The notes below the pieces were generated by a model. That model had not been told where the DNA came from. It ran no database searches and saw only the letters and a program-made list of their open reading frames with translations. Below are positions 20,777-28,835 of a DNA stretch of 64,000 bases, piece by piece (the first letter of the stretch is position 1; every line of letters begins with the position of its first letter). Origin of the DNA: Candidatus Omnitrophota bacterium. GTDB taxonomy: Bacteria > Omnitrophota > Gorgyraeia > Gygaellales > Profunditerraquicolaceae. A program made the position numbers and the translations under genes. The stretch lies in contig JAZDMX010000023.1 in the NCBI GenBank assembly GCA_043800555.1, positions 9,101-73,100 of the forward strand, in the 5' to 3' direction.

Positions 20777-20830
20777 TTCCAAACCCGCATTGGAATCAGG
20801 TTCGGTTAAATTCCAATGCGGGTTTGGAAT
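20770..20830. repeat. Overlapping inverted repeats between glyQS and ppdK
   Basis: Perfect 21-bp IR (20776-20796 / 20810-20830) overlapping a perfect 13-bp IR (20770-20782 / 20790-20802). Confidence 0.8.
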
Positions 20831-20857
20831 GATAAGAAAGGAAGGGTTTCAAAGACA

Positions 20858-23596
20858 ATGAAAGGCAAAAAATACGTTTACAGCTTCGGTGGCGGCAAGG
20901 CGGACGGCAATGAAAGCATGAAAAATCTTTTAGGCGGCAAAGGCGCTAATCTGGCGGAAATGGCCGGCCATAAAAATTTAAAGCTTCCTGTCCCACCGGG
21001 TTTCAGCATCACCACGGAAGTATGCACTTATTATTACGGACATAAAAAGTCTTATCCTAAAGAATTAAAAACGCAGGTTGAAAAAGCGTTGTCTTGCGTC
21101 GAGAAACTTATGGGCAGAAAGTTCGGCGACCCGGTAAATCCTCTTTTGGTTTCGGTGCGCTCCGGAGCCCGCAAATCCATGCCCGGAATGATGGAAACAG
21201 TTTTAAACGTCGGATTGACCGAAAAGACTATTCCCGGCCTGGCAAAACAGGCAGGGGGGAACGAGCGCTTTGTTTACGACGCCTACCGCAGGCTGATTAT
21301 GATGTACTCCGACGTAGTTATGGAAAAGGCGGCAGGCATCGAGCCAAAGGACGATATGGGGATCCGTAAGCAGTTAGAAAGGATTATGGATGAAGTAAAA
21401 CGCAAAAGAGGCTCTAAAGCGGATACGGATTTGACTACCGCGGATTTAAAAGAAATCTGCGCGAAGTTTAAAATAAGGATCAAAGAGGTTTTGGGCAAAG
21501 AGTTCCCGGATGAGCCAACCGCCCAGCTATGGGGAGGCATTAGCGCGGTATTTTCTTCCTGGAACGGCAAACGCGCCATAAGCTACCGCCGCATCGAAGG
21601 CATACCGGATGAATGGGGAACAGCGGTAAACGTGCAAACCATGGTCTTCGGGAACATGGGCGATGATTCGGCCACCGGAGTAGCTTTTACCCGCAACCCC
21701 GGAAACGGAGACGCGCATTTCTACGGCGAATACTTAATCAACGCGCAAGGCGAAGACGTAGTTGCCGGCATCCGGACCCCGGCGCCAATCAATACATTTT
21801 CCCAGTCAGCGCACAATAAAGACCTGGTGACCCTTGAAAAAGCAATGCCAAAAATTTACAAAGAGCTTTTCGCCATCCAGGAACGCCTGGAAAACCATTA
21901 CCGCGATATGCAGGATATTGAGTTTACTATCGAAAAGGGCAGGCTTTTTATGCTGCAATGCCGCGTTGGAAAACGCAACGGCCCGGCAGCAGTGCGTATG
22001 GCAATGGATATGATCAAAGAAAAACTGATTAAGAAAGAAGAAGCGGTTATGCGCGTAACGCCGGCCCAATTGGACGAATTACTGCACCCGATTATTGACC
22101 CTAAGGTAGAAGCGGTAAATAAACCATTGGTCAAAGGCTTGCCTGCCGGACCGGGAGGCGCCTGCGGGCAGATTGTTGTTAACGCCAAGGACGCGGTGGC
22201 CGGGAAATCAGAAGGGAAGAACGGAATACTTTTACGCGAAGAAACAAACCCGGAAGACGTTGAAGGCATGCGCGCGGCGGAAGCAATTCTTACTGCCCGC
22301 GGCGGCATGACCAGCCACGCGGCATTGGTTGCCCGCGGATGGGGCAAATGCTGCATCGTAGGCTGCAGCGCGCTGCATGTTGACTCGGAAAACAAGACAA
22401 TCACCGCAAGCGGAAAAACCTTAAAAGAAGGCGACTGGATCACCCTTAACGGGACCAAAGGCACGGTATATGAAGGAAAGCTGGCGATGATGGATGCCTC
22501 CGAAGAAAATACGATGCTGATGGATTTCTTGAAAATCTGCGGCACCATTAAAAAACTCGGTATCCGCACCAACGCCGAAACTCCGGAAGACGCCGCCAAA
22601 GCCCGCCAATTCGGGGCCGAAGGTATAGGCCTCTTCAGGACAGAGCATATGTTCTACGGAAAAGGCGCGGATGCGCCGTTATTTATCCTGCGCAAAATGA
22701 TTATTTCGAAAACTACGGAAGAAAGGAAGAAAGCGACAGAAGAACTCTTCCCCTACGTAAAGAAAGACATTAAAGGGACGCTTGAGGCAATGGACGGCTT
22801 TCCCGTAGTCATCCGCCTGCTTGATCCGCCCCTGCATGAGTTTGTGCCCCGCGAACAGGAGAAACTGGAAGAGCTCGCCCGGGAATTGAATATAAGCATG
22901 GAAGAGCTTTCCAAGCGCGCCGAAAACCTGCATGAATCTAACCCGATGATGGGCCACCGCGGCGTGCGTTTAGGCGTAACCTATCCGGAGATTAGCGAAA
23001 TGCAGATACGCGCCATATTCGAAGCTTCTGCCGAATTAATCAAGGAAGGCAAAAAGCCTTACCCGGAAATCATGATCCCGGTTGTCTGCGACGTTAAAGA
23101 GCTTGCCGATCAAATTGTAATAGCCAAGGCGGTTTACGCGCAAACTCTAAAAAAATACAATATCAAGGCCATCAAGCACATGTTTGGGACAATGATCGAG
23201 ATCCCGCGCGCGGCATTAGTGGCTGATAAGATCGCCACAGTGGCGCAATTCTTCTCATTCGGGACCAATGATTTGACCCAGATGGGCTTTGGATTTTCAC
23301 GCGACGATATCGGAGGGTTCTTGCCGGAGTACATTAAAAAAGGCATCCTGGCGGTAGACCCGTTTCAAAGCATAGACCAGGAAGGTATCGGCCAACTAAT
23401 CCAAATTGGCATCGAAAGAGGCAGGAAAACCAATAAAAAACTTGAGGTGGGAATTTGCGGCGAGCATGGAGGCGAGCCAAAATCAGTCGAATTCTGCCAT
23501 AAAGTAGGGATGAATTACGTGAGCTGTTCGCCGTTTCGCGTTCCAATCGCCAAGCTTGCGGCAGCCCAGGCAGTCTTGAAAGAAAAGAAAAAATAA
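20858..23596 (+). CDS. ppdK: Pyruvate, phosphate dikinase
   Basis: LLGGKGANLAEM, VSVRSGA, GGMTSHAA, GIGLFRTEHM, SFGTNDLTQM, GICGEHGG. Confidence 0.97.
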   Translation: MKGKKYVYSFGGGKADGNESMKNLLGGKGANLAEMAGHKNLKLPVPPGFSITTEVCTYYYGHKKSYPKELKTQVEKALSCVEKLMGRKFGDPVNPLLVSVRSGARKSMPGMMETVLNVGLTEKTIPGLAKQAGGNERFVYDAYRRLIMMYSDVVMEKAAGIEPKDDMGIRKQLERIMDEVKRKRGSKADTDLTTADLKEICAKFKIRIKEVLGKEFPDEPTAQLWGGISAVFSSWNGKRAISYRRIEGIPDEWGTAVNVQTMVFGNMGDDSATGVAFTRNPGNGDAHFYGEYLINAQGEDVVAGIRTPAPINTFSQSAHNKDLVTLEKAMPKIYKELFAIQERLENHYRDMQDIEFTIEKGRLFMLQCRVGKRNGPAAVRMAMDMIKEKLIKKEEAVMRVTPAQLDELLHPIIDPKVEAVNKPLVKGLPAGPGGACGQIVVNAKDAVAGKSEGKNGILLREETNPEDVEGMRAAEAILTARGGMTSHAALVARGWGKCCIVGCSALHVDSENKTITASGKTLKEGDWITLNGTKGTVYEGKLAMMDASEENTMLMDFLKICGTIKKLGIRTNAETPEDAAKARQFGAEGIGLFRTEHMFYGKGADAPLFILRKMIISKTTEERKKATEELFPYVKKDIKGTLEAMDGFPVVIRLLDPPLHEFVPREQEKLEELARELNISMEELSKRAENLHESNPMMGHRGVRLGVTYPEISEMQIRAIFEASAELIKEGKKPYPEIMIPVVCDVKELADQIVIAKAVYAQTLKKYNIKAIKHMFGTMIEIPRAALVADKIATVAQFFSFGTNDLTQMGFGFSRDDIGGFLPEYIKKGILAVDPFQSIDQEGIGQLIQIGIERGRKTNKKLEVGICGEHGGEPKSVEFCHKVGMNYVSCSPFRVPIAKLAAAQAVLKEKKK

Positions 23597-23635
23597 TCGG
23601 GCAGGGGCGGCGCAGAACCGCCCCTGAGTAAAATT

Positions 23636-24451
23636 ATGGAAGCGTTAAAAACATACCTTAAGGAAATCCGCGATATACCTTTGTTAACCGCTGAAGAAGA
23701 AATTTTCTTAAGCCGCAAGGTCCGAAAAGGGGATGAACAGGCGCGCAAGAAAATGATCCAAGCTAACCTGCGCCTGGTAATCAACATCGCCAAAAGATAC
23801 ATGCGCTTAGGCACGCCTTTTCTGGATTTGATCGAAGAGGGCAACCTGGGGTTAATGAAGGCGGTAGAAAGGTTTAACCCTAAAAAGGGTTTTCGTTTTT
23901 CGACATACGCTGCCTGGTGGATCAAGCAGGCGATTACGCGCTCTATTTCCGAACAAGGCAAGATGATCCGCATCCCGGTGTATATGAACGATATAATCAC
24001 CAAATGGCGCAAAACCAAAGAACGCCTGAGCCAAAAGCTAAAATACATCCCCACTGACGAAGAGATAGCCAAGAAATTGAAAATCCCCCGAGACAAGATA
24101 AGCCAGATAAATTTCTGGATGTCCACATCGACTTCTTCGCTGGAAGCCCCTATCGGCGAAGATAGCGAAGGCAAAGTTTCGGATTTAATCGAAGATACCG
24201 CCTCTTTGCAGCCGGATAACGAAATCGACCATATCCTGGACAAAGAAAGAGTGGAAAACCTGCTGGAGATAATGAATGAGCGGGAGCGCGAAATCCTGGA
24301 CATGCGCTTTGGCCTGGAAGACAAAGAGCCGCGGACTTTAGCGGAAGTTGCCAAAAAACTAGGAGTTTCCAGGGAAAGGATCCGCCAGATCGAAGAAACT
24401 GCTTTATTGAAAATAAGAAAATTCGTGGAGGGGACCAAAGGGGAACTCTAA
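23636..24451 (+). CDS. Sigma-70 family sigma factor (RpoD/RpoS-like, no region 1.1)
   Basis: YLKEIRDIPLLT, ANLRLVINIAKRY, FSTYAAWWIKQAI, GVSRERIRQIE. Confidence 0.92.
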   Translation: MEALKTYLKEIRDIPLLTAEEEIFLSRKVRKGDEQARKKMIQANLRLVINIAKRYMRLGTPFLDLIEEGNLGLMKAVERFNPKKGFRFSTYAAWWIKQAITRSISEQGKMIRIPVYMNDIITKWRKTKERLSQKLKYIPTDEEIAKKLKIPRDKISQINFWMSTSTSSLEAPIGEDSEGKVSDLIEDTASLQPDNEIDHILDKERVENLLEIMNEREREILDMRFGLEDKEPRTLAEVAKKLGVSRERIRQIEETALLKIRKFVEGTKGEL

Positions 24452-24485
24452 AAACATCCCCAGCTTAAACCGCAGGAGCCAAACA

Positions 24486-25019
24486 ATGAAAAACGATGCC
24501 ATGCTGGAGAAAGCAATAGTCAATATACTCGATTTTCCCAAACCGGGGATAATTTTCCGGGATATAACTTCTTTGATCCAGGACAAAAAGGCTTTCAAAA
24601 AATCCGTGGATTTGCTGGCCGCCAAATATAAAAATGAGAGAATAGATAAAGTAGTTGGGGTGGAGGCGCGCGGATTCATCTTTGGCGCGGCTATTGCCCG
24701 TAAAATAGGGGCCGGTTTTGTCCCTGTCCGCAAAAAAGGAAAGCTCCCCCGCAAAACAATTTCCGCAACTTATGAATTGGAATATGGGACAGATACCCTG
24801 GAGATCCACGAAGACGCGATAAGGCCGGGCGAAAGGATCCTGGTTATCGATGATCTTTTAGCTACCGGCGGCACGGTAAAGGCCGTAACCGGACTCATAA
24901 ATCAGCTGAAGGGCAAAATCCGGGGAATCGGTTTTGTAATAGAACTGGTTGACCTGAACGGCAGGGATAAACTAAAAGGTTACCCTGTTTTCTCCCTGGT
25001 AACCTTTAAAGGGCATTAA
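24486..25019 (+). CDS. apt: Adenine phosphoribosyltransferase
   Basis: DFPKPGIIFRDI, EARGFIFG, YELEYG, VIDDLLATGGT. Confidence 0.95.
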   Translation: MKNDAMLEKAIVNILDFPKPGIIFRDITSLIQDKKAFKKSVDLLAAKYKNERIDKVVGVEARGFIFGAAIARKIGAGFVPVRKKGKLPRKTISATYELEYGTDTLEIHEDAIRPGERILVIDDLLATGGTVKAVTGLINQLKGKIRGIGFVIELVDLNGRDKLKGYPVFSLVTFKGH

Positions 25020-25024
25020 ATTTT

Positions 25025-25085
25025 GCCCCTGTAGCTCATAAGGATACCTGCCTGCCGGCAGGCAGGGAGCAACAGTTTCCTAAAC
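25025..25085 (+). pseudogene. 5' half of a disrupted tRNA-Arg(CCT) with a 20-nt palindrome inserted in the D arm
   Basis: GCCCCTG TA GCTC ATAAGGATA [CCTGCCTGCCGGCAGGCAGG 25047-25066] GAGC A ACAGT TTCCTAA AC. Confidence 0.8.
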
Positions 25086-25087
25086 AC

Positions 25088-25378
25088 ATGTATTACGTTT
25101 ATGCCCTAAAATCAGTTAAGTACGATAGAATATATATTGGCATAACTAAAGATTTAAAAAATAGAGTTAAAGAGCATAATTCGGGGAAAACGAAATCTAC
25201 AAAATTTTATAAACCTTGGATATTGTTTTATTCAGAAATAGTTGATTCTCGTATAAACGCGAGAAAACGGGAAAAACAACTTAAATCGGGTTACGGTAAA
25301 GAGTTTTTAAAGAACAGGCGTAATATTAAACTCTTTAATGCGCCTGTAGCTCACACGGATAGAGCAAGAGTTTCCTAA
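25088..25378 (+). CDS. GIY-YIG nuclease family protein
   Basis: YYVYALKS...IYIGITKDLKNRVKEHNSG..KSTK..KPW...ARKREKQLKSG; AT-rich; C-terminus overlaps the tRNA. Confidence 0.9.
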   Translation: MYYVYALKSVKYDRIYIGITKDLKNRVKEHNSGKTKSTKFYKPWILFYSEIVDSRINARKREKQLKSGYGKEFLKNRRNIKLFNAPVAHTDRARVS

Positions 25379-25413
25379 ACTCTGGGTAGCAGGTTCGACT
25401 CCTGCCAGGCGCA
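25340..25413 (+). tRNA. tRNA-Arg (anticodon CCT)
   Basis: Cloverleaf GCGCCTG/CAGGCGC, D arm GCTC/GAGC, anticodon stem AGAGT/ACTCT with loop TTCCTAA, T arm GCAGG-TTCGACT-CCTGC; CCA not encoded. Confidence 0.92.
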
Positions 25414-25430
25414 TATGATTCTTAGTTATC

Positions 25431-25481
25431 GGTGTGGCAGGTTCCTGCCTGCCGGCAGGCAGGCGATTCCTGCCAGGGGCA
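25431..25481 (+). pseudogene. 3' half of the disrupted tRNA-Arg with the same 20-nt palindrome in the T loop
   Basis: GCAGG TT [CCTGCCTGCCGGCAGGCAGG 25444-25463] CGATT CCTGC CAGGGGC A; CAGGGGC pairs with GCCCCTG at 25025. Confidence 0.8.
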
Positions 25482-25509
25482 TATAATTCTTAATCCATGA
25501 GCGTTTTTC

Positions 25510-26169
25510 ATGTATAACTGCAATCTCCACGCGCATACCTTATTAAGCGACGGCCAGCTGCTTCCTTCGGAAGTGGCTGTGCGCTATCTTGATAAAGGAT
25601 ATAAAGTAATCGCGCTTACCGACCACGCCGATTACAGCAATATAAAATCAATCTGCCAGGCGGTAATTAAATTCTGCCGTATGTGGCCTGCGGATTCAAA
25701 AATCAAGGTCCTGCCGGGGATAGAATTAACGCACCTGCCTCCGGGGCAATTCAAGCCTTTGGCAGCTTACGCCAGAAAACAAGGCATAAAGATAATCCTA
25801 GCCCACGGGGAAACTCCGATTGAGCCCGTAGTCAAAGACACCAACAGGCTGGCGCTTTTGGCGGATATCGATATCCTCGCCCATCCGGGGCTGATTACGG
25901 ATGAGGATACCCTGCTGGCTAAAGAAAGAGGGGTATTCCTGGAGATTACCAGCCGCCAGGGGCACTCCGATACGAATGCACACGTAATCAACCAGGCAAG
26001 AAAACTGGGGGCCAAGTTAATCCTTGATCATGATGCCCACGCGCCGGAAGATATTATTTCTCCCGGGCAACTGGTTGAGATAGGGATAACGGCAGGCTTA
26101 TCTAAGGATGAAATAGATAAAATTGACGCAGATGTAAATGATTTTCTAAAGAAGAGGGGGGCCATATGA
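25510..26169 (+). CDS. PHP-domain phosphoesterase (histidinol phosphatase-like)
   Basis: LHAHTLLSDG, TDHAD, GIELTH, HGET, ILAHPG, DAHAP. Confidence 0.88.
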   Translation: MYNCNLHAHTLLSDGQLLPSEVAVRYLDKGYKVIALTDHADYSNIKSICQAVIKFCRMWPADSKIKVLPGIELTHLPPGQFKPLAAYARKQGIKIILAHGETPIEPVVKDTNRLALLADIDILAHPGLITDEDTLLAKERGVFLEITSRQGHSDTNAHVINQARKLGAKLILDHDAHAPEDIISPGQLVEIGITAGLSKDEIDKIDADVNDFLKKRGAI

Positions 26170-26621
26170 ACAAAGGCGTATTAATCATAGCAACCGTATG
26201 TTTTTCATTAACGGGAATGCTTGGCTGCGCTTCGCTTTCCGATAAAAACGCATCCTCCCAAACCCTGCAAGCCCAGCAATCATCATTAAAATTCTCGGAT
26301 TTACCTATCCCGGCGGGATTTAGGATTTTAGAAAAAGATTCTTATTCCTTTGAAAGTTCCGGCATGCGCGTCGGGTTATTAAGATATAGAGGAAAGGCGA
26401 CGATTGACCAGGTAGTAAGTTTCTACAAAGAACAGATGCCGATGTATAACTGGGCCCTGTTGAACATCACGGAATACGGCGAATGCATAATGAACTTCGA
26501 GAGAGAACAAGAAAGCTGCATTATAAATATTATTCCTAACGGAAGCTCTTCTGTAATAAGCATAGCTATGGGCCCGAAATCCCAGGCTATATCTAAAAAG
26601 GCCAAGAAGCCGGTAAAATAA
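26166..26621 (+). CDS. Hypothetical lipoprotein
   Basis: Lipobox MLGC after a hydrophobic signal sequence. Confidence 0.7.
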   Translation: MNKGVLIIATVCFSLTGMLGCASLSDKNASSQTLQAQQSSLKFSDLPIPAGFRILEKDSYSFESSGMRVGLLRYRGKATIDQVVSFYKEQMPMYNWALLNITEYGECIMNFEREQESCIINIIPNGSSSVISIAMGPKSQAISKKAKKPVK

Positions 26622-26650
26622 ATACGGCTTTTAACAAGAATAAAGCGGCT

Positions 26651-27016
26651 ATGAATAGAACTATATTCCTAATGATACTCCTTGCGTTTATTCTTTATTT
26701 TCCATTTATTCCCCGGGCCCAAGCCGACTCAATGGATAAACTCAGGATTCAACAACAGCTTGACCAGTTTAAAAACCAGCTCCAAACCAATGCCCAAAAT
26801 ACCAACGCCCGGGCCCAAAACCTTATCCAAGAAAAAGAAATAGAAGCAACGCAATATCAGGAAAGACAAGAAGTAACTTCCGATGTCTTTGATAAATTCG
26901 CCAAAAAAAGCCAGCAATCGAGTTTCCAGCATATGGCCCGCATATACGGGATGCCTCTTTTGATAATGGCGGCTGTCGGCGTTATCCTATTGGTAATTTG
27001 GCACCAAAACGTATAG
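26651..27016 (+). CDS. Hypothetical exported/membrane protein
   Basis: Signal peptide, Gln-rich coiled coil, C-terminal TM helix. Confidence 0.6.
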   Translation: MNRTIFLMILLAFILYFPFIPRAQADSMDKLRIQQQLDQFKNQLQTNAQNTNARAQNLIQEKEIEATQYQERQEVTSDVFDKFAKKSQQSSFQHMARIYGMPLLIMAAVGVILLVIWHQNV

Positions 27017-27022
27017 TAAAAA

Positions 27023-27078
27023 GGGGGACGTTTCTACTTTTATCGAGTCTGATTGCCGGAAAAATAGAAACGTCCCCC
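27023..27078. repeat. REP-like palindromic element, copy 3 (inverted relative to copy 2)
   Basis: Same arms; spacer TCGAGTCTGATTGCCG is the reverse complement of the copy 2 spacer with 1 mismatch. Confidence 0.9.
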
Positions 27079-27245
27079 TTTTACTCTTATACGGTGATTT
27101 TTCAAAAAACACTTGACAAATAACAGGTTATATGTTAAAAAAGTACAAATGGTATTAACTCAAAAATATCGCCTAGGCATATAAATCATTCGCGCCTAGT
27201 TTATATAACGCAAACAGGGTATCATAAAAAAGGAGGAGAAAGAAA

Positions 27246-28580
27246 ATGAGTAAACGCTTAAGTTTGGTGCTTGCGCTTCTATTTACGATAGGCACAACAT
27301 TCGCCTACGCTGAAGTGCAAAATATCAAGGTATCGGGCGATATCTTGGCAAGCGGAGTAACAAGAAGCCATTTTGGCCTCATTGCCGCAACATCAGGGGA
27401 TAAGAGCGCGTTGAAGCAAAGTTTTATTATGTCTCAAATCAGGCTTCGTGTTGACGCCGACCTTACCGACAATGTCATGGCAACCGTAAGGCTTATCAAC
27501 GAAAGAATCTGGAACGGCCAAAACGATACTACCTCTAGCGGAAATTCGAATATTGACCTTGACTTAGCCTACGTTACCTTAAAGGAATTCTTATACTCTC
27601 CTTTAAGCTTCACAGTCGGCCGTCAGGAAATCCGTTTTGGTAATGGATTGGTCATGGGCAACGCAAAGGCGGACATCAGCGGGACATCAACCATTCCTAC
27701 CGATTTAAGCGAAAGAAAGGCCTTTGACGCCATACGCGCTACTCTTAATTATGATCCTTTAGTGATTGATTTGGTCTATGCTAAGGTAAAGCAAGCTACT
27801 TCCGTGGATAGGAATACCATTGGCTTAGCCGGCGTTAATGCTACTTACGCGGTAAACAAAGATACCAATGTGTCTGCTTACTATTTCTTAAAAAGGGACA
27901 ACTATAAAGGCACTTCCCTGGGACGCGGCGAGCCCGATCAATTAAACACTATCGGCGGCTTGGTAACCAGCACCCCGATCGAGAACTTAACCGTATCCGG
28001 AGAGGCTGCTTATCAGTTCGGAAGAAACGATTCTTCCAACACAACCCAGAAAAAACATGATGCCTGGGCGTTTCAGGCTATGGCGGATTATATCTTTGCC
28101 AAGGTCAAAACAACTCCTAAAATCGGAGCTTCGTGGACCTATTTATCCGGGGGCAAGGCCAGCGGCACTGACGCTACCAGGAATCAAGGCTGGGACGCAA
28201 TGTTCTACGATCAGAAATTGAACAATATCGTCTACGCAATCCTGCCTTTTACGAATATGAATGCTTTCAACTTAAAGGCCAGTTGCAAACCGTTAGATGA
28301 CGTTACGGTGTCTGCTGTATATGGTTATTATAATGTAGCCAAGCAGAGCACCGCGGCTGTCATCAGCCCATTCTACTATGACGGGTCTGCTCAATATTTA
28401 AACACCAACTATACAGGCAAAACACATCTCGGCGACGCAATTGATTTAACCGCAACCTATGACTATACCGAAGATGTGCAGTTAGGTTTAACCTATGGAT
28501 GGTTTAAACCGGGCAATGCCCTGGCAACAAACGAGAAAGACGCCAATCAGTTAATTGGTTCTTTAAAGGTAATATTCTAA
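27246..28580 (+). CDS. Outer-membrane beta-barrel protein (alginate export family-like)
   Basis: Signal peptide AYA-EV; LAYVTL..F...VGRQEI.FG.GLV; C-terminal Phe; RBS AGGAGG. Confidence 0.75.
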   Translation: MSKRLSLVLALLFTIGTTFAYAEVQNIKVSGDILASGVTRSHFGLIAATSGDKSALKQSFIMSQIRLRVDADLTDNVMATVRLINERIWNGQNDTTSSGNSNIDLDLAYVTLKEFLYSPLSFTVGRQEIRFGNGLVMGNAKADISGTSTIPTDLSERKAFDAIRATLNYDPLVIDLVYAKVKQATSVDRNTIGLAGVNATYAVNKDTNVSAYYFLKRDNYKGTSLGRGEPDQLNTIGGLVTSTPIENLTVSGEAAYQFGRNDSSNTTQKKHDAWAFQAMADYIFAKVKTTPKIGASWTYLSGGKASGTDATRNQGWDAMFYDQKLNNIVYAILPFTNMNAFNLKASCKPLDDVTVSAVYGYYNVAKQSTAAVISPFYYDGSAQYLNTNYTGKTHLGDAIDLTATYDYTEDVQLGLTYGWFKPGNALATNEKDANQLIGSLKVIF

Positions 28581-28597
28581 GGCTGTTTATGTAAATA

Positions 28598-28638
28598 AAG
28601 GAGCCCTTGGGGGCCAACACCTCCGAGGGCTTTTTTAT
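28598..28638 (+). terminator. Rho-independent terminator
   Basis: GAGCCCTTGGGGG...CCTCCGAGGGCT followed by a T-run, downstream of the porin gene. Confidence 0.65.
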
Positions 28639-28835
28639 TACTCTGATAGCTTTAGGCCAATAGCCTGTAAGTCAATGCCAAGCTTAGAACAAAAATATAT
28701 CAAACAATCTGAATTTGATGTATATTATAAAAGGTGCGAAGAACTTTCAGAATGCTCCATAGTTTTCGTAATTATTTAAAACTTTAAACCATAGGCTATA
28801 GGCTATCGACTATAGACCTGTATATTTTTTATCCT

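Noticed and set aside
13536-24438. Long antisense ORFs (13536-14363, 21898-22599, 23515-24438 and similar)
   Set aside because: Shadow frames of well-supported + strand genes.
25086-25430. Group I intron with homing endonuclease in the tRNA anticodon loop
   Set aside because: The insert is fully occupied by the ORF and an intact tRNA; no P/Q/R/S core is recognisable, and the break lies 3' of the anticodon loop.
28791-28818. Short heptamer tandem (TAGGCTA-like) upstream of GH57
   Set aside because: Only 3-4 degenerate units; no support for a function.
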